Of a DNA stretch of 54,370 nt, positions 1-8,812 are shown in pieces. A program made the translations under genes and the position numbers. The DNA is from a virus (taxonomy: Duplodnaviria > Caudoviricetes): IMG/VR virus record IMGVR_UViG_3300020421_000026, positions 1-54,370 of that record; one strand, written 5' to 3'. Every line of letters begins with the position of its first letter. The stretch's first letter is position 1. The notes under the pieces are model-generated. The model did no database searches and was not told the origin of the DNA. It saw only the letters and a list, made by a program, of their open reading frames with translations.

Positions 1-737
1 CTTTTTGCTTCTTCTAAATCGCCCATCCAAGCACCCATGACTCGTAAGTCTTGAGCAATTTCGTCTCTAACAGCAGTATCTAGACCTCCACCAATCTCAC
101 CTTGCCACCAATGTGTTGTTCCATTTTCATAATGGTCTGCTAATGCATACTCGAAAGCCATTTTCTTATCTTCTTCATCTTGAAGATTTATACCATCTGT
201 TGCGTTCCACATCCAGTCGTCTTTTTCACCATCGTCTAATTTTTGAAATTCTGGATCTGCTTCTAGTTCAGCCATTTTCTCTTCGTATTCGTCTATGGTA
301 TATTGTGTGCCTGCGATTGCAGTTTTGAGTTTGGATTCTATATCCTCTTCTTCTTTTAACGGAAGTCCTGCTAATTTTCTTAATTCATTTGTTTCTTTCA
401 TGTTGGTCTCTTTTGCTACGTCAACAGAATCGCTACTTGGTTTTAATGTTCTACCAAATACTCTAAAATCTAAGTTCATTAAATAATCTTTGCCTAGATT
501 TTCCAGTTGTTTTCTTAGTTTGTCAGTTTGTTCAGTGTTTTTACTGATACTTAATCTTATTTCTTCATCAGGTATATTTAGTGTAACCAATAAGTTTGGA
601 TCTTCTACAAAAAATCTAATCGCTTCTGATGGGTCACCAACAACTTCACCTACCTTATTAAAAGTGTCTATGCTAAAGCCATACCCTTTTAAAAGATTGA
701 ATGTTTTGTCTGCTACTGTTTTTATACTGATTGCCAT
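1..737 (-). CDS. Hypothetical phage protein downstream of terL (3'-truncated by the window edge); missing from the ORF track
   Basis: Hand translation from ATG at 737 gives MAISIKTVADKTFNLLKGYGF..., open to position 1. Preceded by GATAAATA (743-750). Contains NELRKLAGLP. Confidence 0.75.
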   Translation of the reverse strand, partial: MAISIKTVADKTFNLLKGYGFSIDTFNKVGEVVGDPSEAIRFFVEDPNLLVTLNIPDEEIRLSISKNTEQTDKLRKQLENLGKDYLMNLDFRVFGRTLKPSSDSVDVAKETNMKETNELRKLAGLPLKEEEDIESKLKTAIAGTQYTIDEYEEKMAELEADPEFQKLDDGEKDDWMWNATDGINLQDEEDKKMAFEYALADHYENGTTHWWQGEIGGGLDTAVRDEIAQDLRVMGAWMGDLEEAK

Positions 738-742
738 ACTTG

Positions 743-750
743 TATTTATC
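743..750 (-). promoter_or_regulatory. T4-late-like promoter motif GATAAATA
   Basis: 5 nt upstream of ATG 737; one of about 20 similarly placed copies. Confidence 0.7.
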
Positions 751-2345
751 TAAAGTAGTCCAATTGGCATTGGTTCGTCATACTCATCGATAGGCTTGTT
801 GTCATCGTATCTATCATCTCCACCTAAATTTTGATTAACAACTTCAAATATGTCATCTTCAAAACTTGCAATATATGATATCATCCTACAACAAATAACC
901 AAACTCATAACCAAATCATCTGTTTCACCTGGTTGTGCTGAAAAACTATTTCCTCTTGCAACAAAAGTTTTTAATTCTCTAATACATGCATCAGAAAAAA
1001 TTTTAATTTTATCTTGTTCTATAAATCGTTTTAATGTAATACAGCCGTCCAATTTACTTTTAGAACTTGTGTGAAAACCTTTTCTTCCTCTTTTACCTTG
1101 TACTTTTACAGGATCATGTAAAAAGTTTCCTGGGAAATTTTCTTCTCCTGTGTCTCTGATTACAACAAGAGCGGCTTCACCAATACTATTATTCTCAACT
1201 GTCCAATATATTTCTTTTGCTCCGTATTGATTTATTTCTTTTAAAATTTCTCTCATAACTCTTATTTGACCTTCTACAGGAGTCTTGTTGTGACACCATT
1301 CTGCAACCTGTGTCATCGAAGGAAGTTCAATTACTTGTATTGCGGCATTATCTCCGCCTGTTCCAGCGGCTGGATCAAGTGCTAACACATACGTTTTATC
1401 TGCTGTGGGCCTTTTATACCAACGTACTTCTCCTTGCCTGTACAAGACGTCTGTGTACTTTAGAGTAGCCAACTTTAAAGAGTCTATGAGTGTTTCATTG
1501 TAAATGATAAATTCACATTCATGCTCACGTCTAAAACGTTCTTCACCTATTCTACCTTGTTCTTCATCTTTCCAATCTTGGTCTCTGTCTGGGTGTTGGT
1601 CCCATTTTGCCAAATAGCCTTTAAATCCATTTACACCTACATCAGATGTATTACCATATTCATCTACAGTTTTTACTGCTTGGTGCCAAATCTGTGCAAA
1701 TGTGTCATCATCACTATTTGGTGTGCTGGTCACAATACATTTACCACCTGTTGCTAGTGTTGGTGATAATGAAGTCCAAAACTCTTTGGCTATTCTGGGT
1801 GGTACGAATGCAAACTCATCTAAGTACACTAATGTAAGTGACATACCTCTACCAGTATTTTCAGTTGTTGTACTTGCTACTATTCTACTACCATTATCAA
1901 AACTAATACTCATCTTGTTGTATTCAACAACTCCTGCTCTTATATGATTAGGAATACTTTCATACGCATATCTAATACGTTGCATGATTTCTTGTGAACC
2001 TGCCGCTTTGTGAGCCGCAACTAATATGGTACTGTCTGGTTTAAACATAGCAAACCAAAGTAAGTATCCTGCCGCCACAGTAGTTTTACCCATCTGTCTA
2101 CCCAGCATGTTTATACTGTACCTGTTTTTGTTGTAGTTTTGAATTAAATCTTCTTGGTAATCGTAAGGATCAAAAGCAATACCACCTTTTGTAGGGTGTT
2201 GTATGTTCACATACTTCTTCATAAAGAACATTGGACCGTCATTCGGATCACAACACTTCTGAAAGTCTTGCAACATATCAGAGTCATATTGAATTTTAGA
2301 GTATGCTTGTTTTACTAACTCAGTATTAACTGTTCCTTTTGGCAT
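750..2345 (-). CDS. terL: Terminase large subunit (T4 gp17-like)
   Basis: Adenine-binding PYDYQ, Walker A GRQMGKTT, Walker B LVYLDEFAF, coupling motif TSTPN, nuclease LALDPAAG and C-terminal DDLVMS. Confidence 0.96.
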   Translation of the reverse strand: MPKGTVNTELVKQAYSKIQYDSDMLQDFQKCCDPNDGPMFFMKKYVNIQHPTKGGIAFDPYDYQEDLIQNYNKNRYSINMLGRQMGKTTVAAGYLLWFAMFKPDSTILVAAHKAAGSQEIMQRIRYAYESIPNHIRAGVVEYNKMSISFDNGSRIVASTTTENTGRGMSLTLVYLDEFAFVPPRIAKEFWTSLSPTLATGGKCIVTSTPNSDDDTFAQIWHQAVKTVDEYGNTSDVGVNGFKGYLAKWDQHPDRDQDWKDEEQGRIGEERFRREHECEFIIYNETLIDSLKLATLKYTDVLYRQGEVRWYKRPTADKTYVLALDPAAGTGGDNAAIQVIELPSMTQVAEWCHNKTPVEGQIRVMREILKEINQYGAKEIYWTVENNSIGEAALVVIRDTGEENFPGNFLHDPVKVQGKRGRKGFHTSSKSKLDGCITLKRFIEQDKIKIFSDACIRELKTFVARGNSFSAQPGETDDLVMSLVICCRMISYIASFEDDIFEVVNQNLGGDDRYDDNKPIDEYDEPMPIGLL

Positions 2346-2350
2346 AACAC

Positions 2351-2358
2351 TATTTATT
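2351..2358 (-). promoter_or_regulatory. Late-promoter motif AATAAATA for terL
   Basis: 5 nt upstream of the terL ATG, no SD. Confidence 0.7.
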
Positions 2359-2382
2359 AAGTTTTAGAGGGGAAATAAAGTA

Positions 2383-3138
2383 TTATTTGCCGTTACGCAA
2401 ATAATCTTTAAGTTTATCTTTGAGGATATTTGTTAAAACTTCTTTGGAATCTGGGTCTACTGCTGTTTGTGGGAAGTTCATAGTAGGTTTGTCACCGTCC
2501 ATTTCTGGTTCTGGACTTAATGATACAATTTTCATAGGTTCGTTGTCATCATGGTCATCATCGCCATGTGGTTCGCCACTTGGTAAAGTAATTCCAACTT
2601 TTTGTAACAATACTTTAAGTTCATCTATAGAGTCTGCACTAGCCTCGACTGAAACAGAGCCAGTATCTGTAGAATGATGTTTTGAATATTGATGAGTTTC
2701 TTCACCTTCTGCTTCTGGTGGTCCCATTTCTTCTGAACCTCCACCGCATGTAGGACATGAATCATCACCACAACCTTCTTCAACTGATTCTTCTGGTTCT
2801 TCGCCTTTGTTTATTTTAGCAATATCGTCTGAAGTTGCAGGTTTTTCGTCTGCTTGGTCATCTGGTTTTGGAATCATTAATGCAACTGCTTTGTCAAACA
2901 GTTCATGTGCACCATCTTCATTTTGAAAACCATATTCGTCAGCAAAGTCTACTGAACTAGAAGCAAATAAATCATCTAAGTCTAAATCTTCAATGCCTTT
3001 TAATTTTTCAGCAACTTCTTCTGGTGTTTTACCTAATTCAATGTTTTCATCATTGATAAAAAGTGTTAGTCCACCATCTTCTGCGCCTAGGACACCTCTG
3101 GATTCGATAATCTTTAAGTACTTCTTAATGTCTTCCAT
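2383..3138 (-). CDS. Acidic hypothetical protein, possibly head-internal
   Basis: 251-aa E/D-rich ORF, TAATG-coupled to the upstream gene, co-oriented with terL. Confidence 0.6.
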   Translation of the reverse strand: MEDIKKYLKIIESRGVLGAEDGGLTLFINDENIELGKTPEEVAEKLKGIEDLDLDDLFASSSVDFADEYGFQNEDGAHELFDKAVALMIPKPDDQADEKPATSDDIAKINKGEEPEESVEEGCGDDSCPTCGGGSEEMGPPEAEGEETHQYSKHHSTDTGSVSVEASADSIDELKVLLQKVGITLPSGEPHGDDDHDDNEPMKIVSLSPEPEMDGDKPTMNFPQTAVDPDSKEVLTNILKDKLKDYLRNGK

Positions 3139-3836
3139 TAGTTTCTTCTTGAACTTTGTGATACAACATCAACATGTTTTGGCTCTGGAGCCTGTCCACC
3201 ATGTGCTGTACCTGTGATTTCATCATATTTAGATTTAAGGTCATCTCCCATAAGTTCATCTTTTGAAGGATATCTACGGAAGTAATCTGCACCTTTTTCA
3301 TTTTTAATCTTTTGGAGTTCTGCTAGGAATTTTTCATTGTATGCTTCACCAAAAAGTGACTCTTGACTAGCATCGACATCAACATGCTCGTTCTCATAAT
3401 GCGTCATATCTTCTTGATTTAATACTGCATCTTCTTCTGACACTTGTCTATCAACATTGTTTGCAGTTCTTTCTTGTGCTAAATCGCTTTCTAGTTTCCT
3501 AGGATCTTTAACACCATATGCAATTACTCGTTCGTGGTCTATTCCCATGTTTACTGCAAGGAATACTTCAAGTATTCTTTGGTTTACTGGGTATTTCAAT
3601 ACAACGTCAGTACTGCATACTTCTGAGGTAAAGTTTGCACCTTTTAATCTTTGAAACTCCATAGGATTTTCTTGGATAGGTACACGTTTCCAAGGTGTTG
3701 CACTTACTAAATTGTATTTTGACAACACACTTTCTAATTTTGACAAATCTTCTGTGGAGCAATCACGTGCTATTTTAATTCTATAGCCGTACTCTTTGCT
3801 GAAAGATTCGTTAATGATGTCTTTTAATTCTTTCAT
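3138..3836 (-). CDS. Hypothetical late protein
   Basis: 232-aa ORF with an AGGAG SD and a late motif at 3859-3866. Confidence 0.65.
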   Translation of the reverse strand: MKELKDIINESFSKEYGYRIKIARDCSTEDLSKLESVLSKYNLVSATPWKRVPIQENPMEFQRLKGANFTSEVCSTDVVLKYPVNQRILEVFLAVNMGIDHERVIAYGVKDPRKLESDLAQERTANNVDRQVSEEDAVLNQEDMTHYENEHVDVDASQESLFGEAYNEKFLAELQKIKNEKGADYFRRYPSKDELMGDDLKSKYDEITGTAHGGQAPEPKHVDVVSQSSRRN

Positions 3837-3858
3837 GGTCTAAAACTCCTGTTACACT

Positions 3859-3873
3859 TATTTATCATAAATA
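3859..3873. promoter_or_regulatory. Back-to-back late-promoter motifs
   Basis: TATTTAT-C-ATAAATA inverted repeat between divergent genes. Confidence 0.7.
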
Positions 3874-3881
3874 GTAAAAGT

Positions 3882-4514
3882 ATGCAGTTTAAAAGAAGAG
3901 ATAATAATTTCAATCATATGGGTACATGGGGTGTTGCCATAGAAAACATGGTGTGTCCACGTCCAGAAATGCTTGATAGATTTGACCAAAGTGGGTATGA
4001 CCTGTGTGCATTAGAACAAGAATACGCAAAATGTAACCTAGGTGAACCACAATACATGCGTTATAAAAGATGTATTAAACAAGAATGGTATGAACCATGT
4101 GGTAATTCAACAGGTGCTCACATTAACCATTCTGATTTATATGAAAGAAAAGGTTATCATGGATATGCATTTGAACAATTAAACAATTGGACTAGTGGTA
4201 ACCATTTGTTGTACAAAATGACACAACTTAAACCTAAATGGGGAATAGATATTAGTATAGACTATGTAGATGACCAACGTAATGTTATGGAACTATTTCA
4301 TTACGAATGGGACGACCACAATTTAGACAATGTATTAGAGAAAAAAGACATAATACAGGATATAGTTGAACATAATGATTGGAATGATATTGCTAAAACT
4401 AAATTGCTACGCAAAGATGAATGGCAACATTTAGACTTTGTAGGTCAAAGTGCTTGGACAACTAAATTTTTGAATATACCAGAAGAACGTTTTAAACTAG
4501 TTCCCTGGCAATAG
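3882..4514 (+). CDS. Hypothetical protein
   Basis: 210-aa ORF with normal composition. CATAAATA lies 8 nt upstream. Overlaps the next gene convergently by 23 nt. Confidence 0.7.
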   Translation: MQFKRRDNNFNHMGTWGVAIENMVCPRPEMLDRFDQSGYDLCALEQEYAKCNLGEPQYMRYKRCIKQEWYEPCGNSTGAHINHSDLYERKGYHGYAFEQLNNWTSGNHLLYKMTQLKPKWGIDISIDYVDDQRNVMELFHYEWDDHNLDNVLEKKDIIQDIVEHNDWNDIAKTKLLRKDEWQHLDFVGQSAWTTKFLNIPEERFKLVPWQ

Positions 4515-6177
4515 AAACTTTCTTTAAATTATCTGCATCAACTAGTTGTGACTTTATAAAACTTGTGTGTTTTTCTATAGACATTAATCTTTCAACATAG
4601 TTTTCAAAGTTTTTCTTTTCAATTTTATTCCTATCAAGCCAAGAAAACTTTTTATCCTTAACTAATTGCAAGATTTCATCAGCAGATAAATCACAACCAT
4701 CTAATCCCCATGCTCGAAACTGACCATGGAAAATAAATTTGTATCCGTTTTTGTGTTGAGACATTGTGTTTGCATAACGATGCCTTACACTAAACATTTC
4801 TTCTCCTGTGATACCGTATTTGTTTCTATAATTTGTAAAGTTATTACCTTCAGCAACATATTTCAATACATCTCCTGTCCATGGTATAAGTTCTAATCCA
4901 AAACTTTCAGGATCTGCTGTAAATTTGCTTTCTTCGTTGCTAGATTTAACTCCTTTTTTAGGCAAGTACAAAGGACTTACTACAAAACTGTCTAAAGGAT
5001 TATCATCACTTCTTAAGAATCTTAAATTTTCTCTTAGAGTATCTTTTGAATCACTAGGTAACCCTAAAATAAAATTAGAATGTACAAATACATCTTTCCA
5101 AACGTCTTGTTTTATTTCTCTTAACCAATCCATTAACTTCATTGGGTTTAATCCTTTCCCAATATCTTTAGCACTTTCACTATTAAGTGTTTCTATACCA
5201 CAATGTGCAAACACTAATCCACAGTCTTTTAAAAGTTGTGCTTGTTTTTTGAGCATTACTAAATCCAATCTTATGAAAGCACTCAATGTTATTTTAAAAG
5301 GTAATGATTTTACAACATCTGCAAATTGTTCTAGTCTTTCGTTGTCGTCATTGAATGTATCGTCACTAATCCAGTACCTAGTTGTACCATAGTTGTCATA
5401 ATTGCGTATAAGTTCTTCTCTTATTAAGTCTTTGCCCCTTACATAACTACCTGGTTCTTTGCCTAATAGTCTAAAACTACAAAAACTGCATTGAAAAATA
5501 CAACCTCTTGCAATTTCTAAAGGCATACCTTCTGTTTTTGTAATTAAATCTTCAGGACACCAAGTCATTGTTGATGTTGATATCTCATGTAAACTGTGAG
5601 GGTCCGCATAATATCTTTTTATTTCTGTTTTATTTTTTATAGACATTAAGATATCAGGAACAGTTACTTCTCCATACCCACTTGCAACAATATCTATGTT
5701 AGGATTTTTTAAACTATCCTCATTTACTATTGCTCCACCTACAATTACCTTACAATCAGGACTAATACTTTTAATATGATTTGTAATGTTTGTTTCTATG
5801 TCAAAATCTTCTACAGGTAACCATTGTGCCGCTTCAAACCCATACTGTCCTACCATGTTTAAAGTTTTTCTTGGAGATAAAGGTTGGTGTAACCACGTTG
5901 TACTTGTGCCAACTGCTAATGTATTAGGTCCTACAAACTTATCTATTATGTTATAGAACTGTTTTGCAGATAAAAACTTAGAATAATCTACAACTTGTAC
6001 AGAAAAACCTTGCAATCTGCAATGATAGGCTACTTTATAAGCACCTAATGTTCTTGTTGTAGTAGAAATTAATTCTTGGAATACGTTTCCGTATGTTTTG
6101 TCATTCGGATCAACAGATAAATTTTCAATATCGTTTGCTCTGCCTGTAAAGATTAAAAAATCTACGGGGGTTTTCAT
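4492..6177 (-). CDS. B12-binding-type radical SAM enzyme (paralog 1)
   Basis: LEIARGCIFQCSFC (CxxxCxxC), DDTFND, FIRLDL, GIETL, FILGLP. N-terminal LGAYKVA..RLQGFSVQVVD resembles a cobalamin-binding domain start. Confidence 0.85.
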   Translation of the reverse strand: MKTPVDFLIFTGRANDIENLSVDPNDKTYGNVFQELISTTTRTLGAYKVAYHCRLQGFSVQVVDYSKFLSAKQFYNIIDKFVGPNTLAVGTSTTWLHQPLSPRKTLNMVGQYGFEAAQWLPVEDFDIETNITNHIKSISPDCKVIVGGAIVNEDSLKNPNIDIVASGYGEVTVPDILMSIKNKTEIKRYYADPHSLHEISTSTMTWCPEDLITKTEGMPLEIARGCIFQCSFCSFRLLGKEPGSYVRGKDLIREELIRNYDNYGTTRYWISDDTFNDDNERLEQFADVVKSLPFKITLSAFIRLDLVMLKKQAQLLKDCGLVFAHCGIETLNSESAKDIGKGLNPMKLMDWLREIKQDVWKDVFVHSNFILGLPSDSKDTLRENLRFLRSDDNPLDSFVVSPLYLPKKGVKSSNEESKFTADPESFGLELIPWTGDVLKYVAEGNNFTNYRNKYGITGEEMFSVRHRYANTMSQHKNGYKFIFHGQFRAWGLDGCDLSADEILQLVKDKKFSWLDRNKIEKKNFENYVERLMSIEKHTSFIKSQLVDADNLKKVSIARELV

Positions 6178-6678
6178 TTATTCCCCTTTGTTATTGATAA
6201 TTCTCAGTAGTTCGTTTCGGTCTAATGATGTTCCGCCTGAAGATGTACCATTGCCATTGTTAGTTCCATCAACTCTAGCCTTTTTAAGCATCAAATCTAT
6301 TTGTTTAAGTTTAGCATTTACTTTGCTTTCTTTGGCTTCTAAGGCAGTCTTTAACATTTTTGATGCACTATCAAATATATGTCCGGCTTCTCTATCACCA
6401 ACATTCATACCTAAATTCATCAACTGTTGATAACTGTCCATTGCTTGTTGTCCTATATCATCCATTTCAACATCATGGTCGTCTAAGCCTTTTACGTTTT
6501 GTAATGCTTGGTCAATCTTTTCTGCATTACTTAATGCTGTTTCAACATCTTTGACTTCTACAATTTCTGTTGTAGGGTCAGTAGGATTGTCATAAGATGG
6601 TTTATCGTATGAACTATCTTTCTTAGTTGCTTCTTCTATAGGAGGCAAGTTGAATTCTTCTTCAAGTTTCTTGGTCAT
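6178..6678 (-). CDS. Helical protein, candidate terminase small subunit
   Basis: 166 aa, helical/coiled-coil character, late motif 5 nt upstream, near terL and gp4. The function is inferred only. Confidence 0.4.
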   Translation of the reverse strand: MTKKLEEEFNLPPIEEATKKDSSYDKPSYDNPTDPTTEIVEVKDVETALSNAEKIDQALQNVKGLDDHDVEMDDIGQQAMDSYQQLMNLGMNVGDREAGHIFDSASKMLKTALEAKESKVNAKLKQIDLMLKKARVDGTNNGNGTSSGGTSLDRNELLRIINNKGE

Positions 6679-6686
6679 ACTACTAT

Positions 6687-6836
6687 TTATTTCTTAGACT
6701 TGCGTTTTTTCTTTAATTTGCGTTTAGGATGCCCAAACATTTGGTCAAATCTATGATTTCTAGCATCAATATAGTCTTGTGGCTTGTCGTAAACCTTTTT
6801 TGGTGTTTTAAATTCTACTATTTCTGCTATTTTCAT
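6687..6836 (-). CDS. Small basic protein (49 aa), not in the ORF track
   Basis: ATGA overlap with the upstream stop. Translates as MKIAEIVEFKTPKKVYDKPQDYIDARNHRFDQMFGHPKRKLKKKRKSKK and fills the gap exactly. Confidence 0.7.
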   Translation of the reverse strand: MKIAEIVEFKTPKKVYDKPQDYIDARNHRFDQMFGHPKRKLKKKRKSKK

Positions 6837-7903
6837 TTTAATGGCTTGCTTAGTTCTTCCCAACTTGTTTCATAATCACTATCACCATCAGCATATCCCA
6901 TAACACCAAGTTTTTCGTACTCAGGTATTAGTTCTTCATGTAGTAATCCAATTTTTTTCAAGTTAGGCATAATCCTACTAAACAATACATCTTGGAATTG
7001 TGTTTGGAATATATTTTCTTTTTGATATTCATCAGTATATTCTATATCCATGCCATATTTTTCCCAAACGTCATATGACCTAAGTCTATTTCTGCTTACT
7101 GTACAGGCTTCTAAGGCAAATTTTGCTCTATCTAATTTTTCTTCTTCGCTTAGTGTAGTAACAAACTCTGTTAGATACTGGATACCAAATGTAACATGTC
7201 TTGCTTCATCTCTAATTATGTATTCTAACATTTTTTCGTAAACAGGGTCGTTAGTTGATTGCTTGGCGGCGTTAAAGGCGGCTAATGCCAACCCTTCTAT
7301 TACAACTTGCATACCAATAAATTTTAAATCCCATCTTGGGTCTGTTAAAATTTTATCTAGCAAGCCTTTTAATGCTCTACCAATGGGCCAACTGCGTTTT
7401 AATCTTTGTTGTAGGTATTTGTTAAATGCTTCTACATGCCTTGCTTCATCAAATGTTTGGCTGGCGGCATATAGTTTTGCGTTATACGTTGGCGCACAAC
7501 TGGCTAACTGTGATGCAACCAATAATGCTCCTTGTTCCCCATGTAAAAATTGGCTTGTTGCCCAACTGTTTAAATCTTTAAAAAACTCTAAACGTGTTTG
7601 TTTGTCAAATGTTTTAAATGTTTTATGATTATCCCATTGGGTGTTTTCAAACTCAAACTCTTCGTCACTTATTCCTACAAAGGTTGGAGTCCAATCTACA
7701 TCAACTTCTACGTTCCAATTTAATTGTTTGCCTAATTCATATAATTTTTTAATTCTATTGTCTTGTACTGTGTAATCCCAATTGAATGAACCAGTCAAAG
7801 GTGTTTGAAAAATCTCTACTACATCAGTAGGATCTAAATTAGCCGGAACATCATCGTCAAACTCAACAACGTCCCTTGGGGTTTTCGTATATTCTATTTT
7901 CAT
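6833..7903 (-). CDS. Ferritin-like diiron oxygenase-family protein (AurF-like fold)
   Basis: Paired E...DEARH motifs (FLHGEQGAL/FDEARH and VIEGLA/RDEARH) typical of diiron four-helix bundles. Confidence 0.8.
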   Translation of the reverse strand: MKIEYTKTPRDVVEFDDDVPANLDPTDVVEIFQTPLTGSFNWDYTVQDNRIKKLYELGKQLNWNVEVDVDWTPTFVGISDEEFEFENTQWDNHKTFKTFDKQTRLEFFKDLNSWATSQFLHGEQGALLVASQLASCAPTYNAKLYAASQTFDEARHVEAFNKYLQQRLKRSWPIGRALKGLLDKILTDPRWDLKFIGMQVVIEGLALAAFNAAKQSTNDPVYEKMLEYIIRDEARHVTFGIQYLTEFVTTLSEEEKLDRAKFALEACTVSRNRLRSYDVWEKYGMDIEYTDEYQKENIFQTQFQDVLFSRIMPNLKKIGLLHEELIPEYEKLGVMGYADGDSDYETSWEELSKPLK

Positions 7904-7915
7904 AATAATTATTTA

Positions 7916-8368
7916 TTATATTCGTTTTGTTTTTCTGCCAGATTGTTTTCGGAAAATCTGGTCTTCTGTAATCACTTTAAAGTGTAAACCTTTTGCTTTG
8001 CACCAGGCTTGAGCGGCTTCCCACTTAACTGCATTAACTTGTATAGACATTTTGTCATACTTGTCTCTGGCTTTTTCTTGTAGTGTTTGTGCTTTAGGTT
8101 TGATTTCGATTAAATCAACTCTAGTCTTTCCGTTTTTGTCTGTGTATTGCACCATAAAGTCAGGTACATAATTAGTAATTTTACCACTGAAAGGGTGTCT
8201 ATAAGGAATCTTTACATTCTCACTTGCCCACTTGGTAATGTTAGGATGGCTATCACAAAACCTCATAAACGCCATCTCCCAACTGCTACGAGCAAATGGT
8301 TGCTTATTGCCTACAAACTTTTCTGGATTTTGTACGGAGTAATTGCCTTGTGAATACCTACTAGACAT
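7916..8368 (-). CDS. Head completion protein / TnsA-like nuclease (T4 gp4-like)
   Basis: QG.Y..QNPEKFVG, RSSWE..FM.FCD.HP.I.KWASE...IPY, YVPDF, IEIKP, KWEAA, VITED. Confidence 0.88.
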   Translation of the reverse strand: MSSRYSQGNYSVQNPEKFVGNKQPFARSSWEMAFMRFCDSHPNITKWASENVKIPYRHPFSGKITNYVPDFMVQYTDKNGKTRVDLIEIKPKAQTLQEKARDKYDKMSIQVNAVKWEAAQAWCKAKGLHFKVITEDQIFRKQSGRKTKRI

Positions 8369-8377
8369 GTGTTACTC

Positions 8378-8812
8378 CTACGGTCTAATCTTATTTGCGA
8401 TTTTAGATTGATTGTTTTTGCTAGATACTTTAAGACCTATCTGGTTACCCACTGGTCTTAATTCATTTATTGCTTTATAAGTATTTTCTGCTAACTTGAT
8501 TGAATCTTCATTTATTTCAAAATAAGATATAGGATGAACTCCTTGTGCATCAGCAACTTTAATAAGTGCTACTGCTAATGCTCTTGCATTAGACTTTGCA
8601 AAGCCTATGCTTGTTAATCTGTTAAACACTATATCCATTTTGTCTGCAGATATGCCTCTGTCATCTACTGCTAACATGTTGACTAGTATTTCTAAACTTG
8701 CTTCTGGTAAAGGAAAGTTTATTGTGTTGTTTTCTAAAAACTTCACAAGTTTGTCTCTACGAACTTCGTAACTTATTTCATTACCAAATGTTGTATATAA
8801 ACTCTCACTCAT
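8378..8812 (-). CDS. Hypothetical protein in tail operon
   Basis: 144-aa ORF TAATG-coupled to the upstream gene. Confidence 0.65.
   Translation of the reverse strand: MSESLYTTFGNEISYEVRRDKLVKFLENNTINFPLPEASLEILVNMLAVDDRGISADKMDIVFNRLTSIGFAKSNARALAVALIKVADAQGVHPISYFEINEDSIKLAENTYKAINELRPVGNQIGLKVSSKNNQSKIANKIRP

Noticed and set aside
6833-7903. Ribonucleotide reductase beta subunit
   Set aside because: The diiron motifs are shared, but recognisable NrdB/NrdF signatures and an adjacent alpha subunit are lacking. A profile search is needed to exclude it fully.
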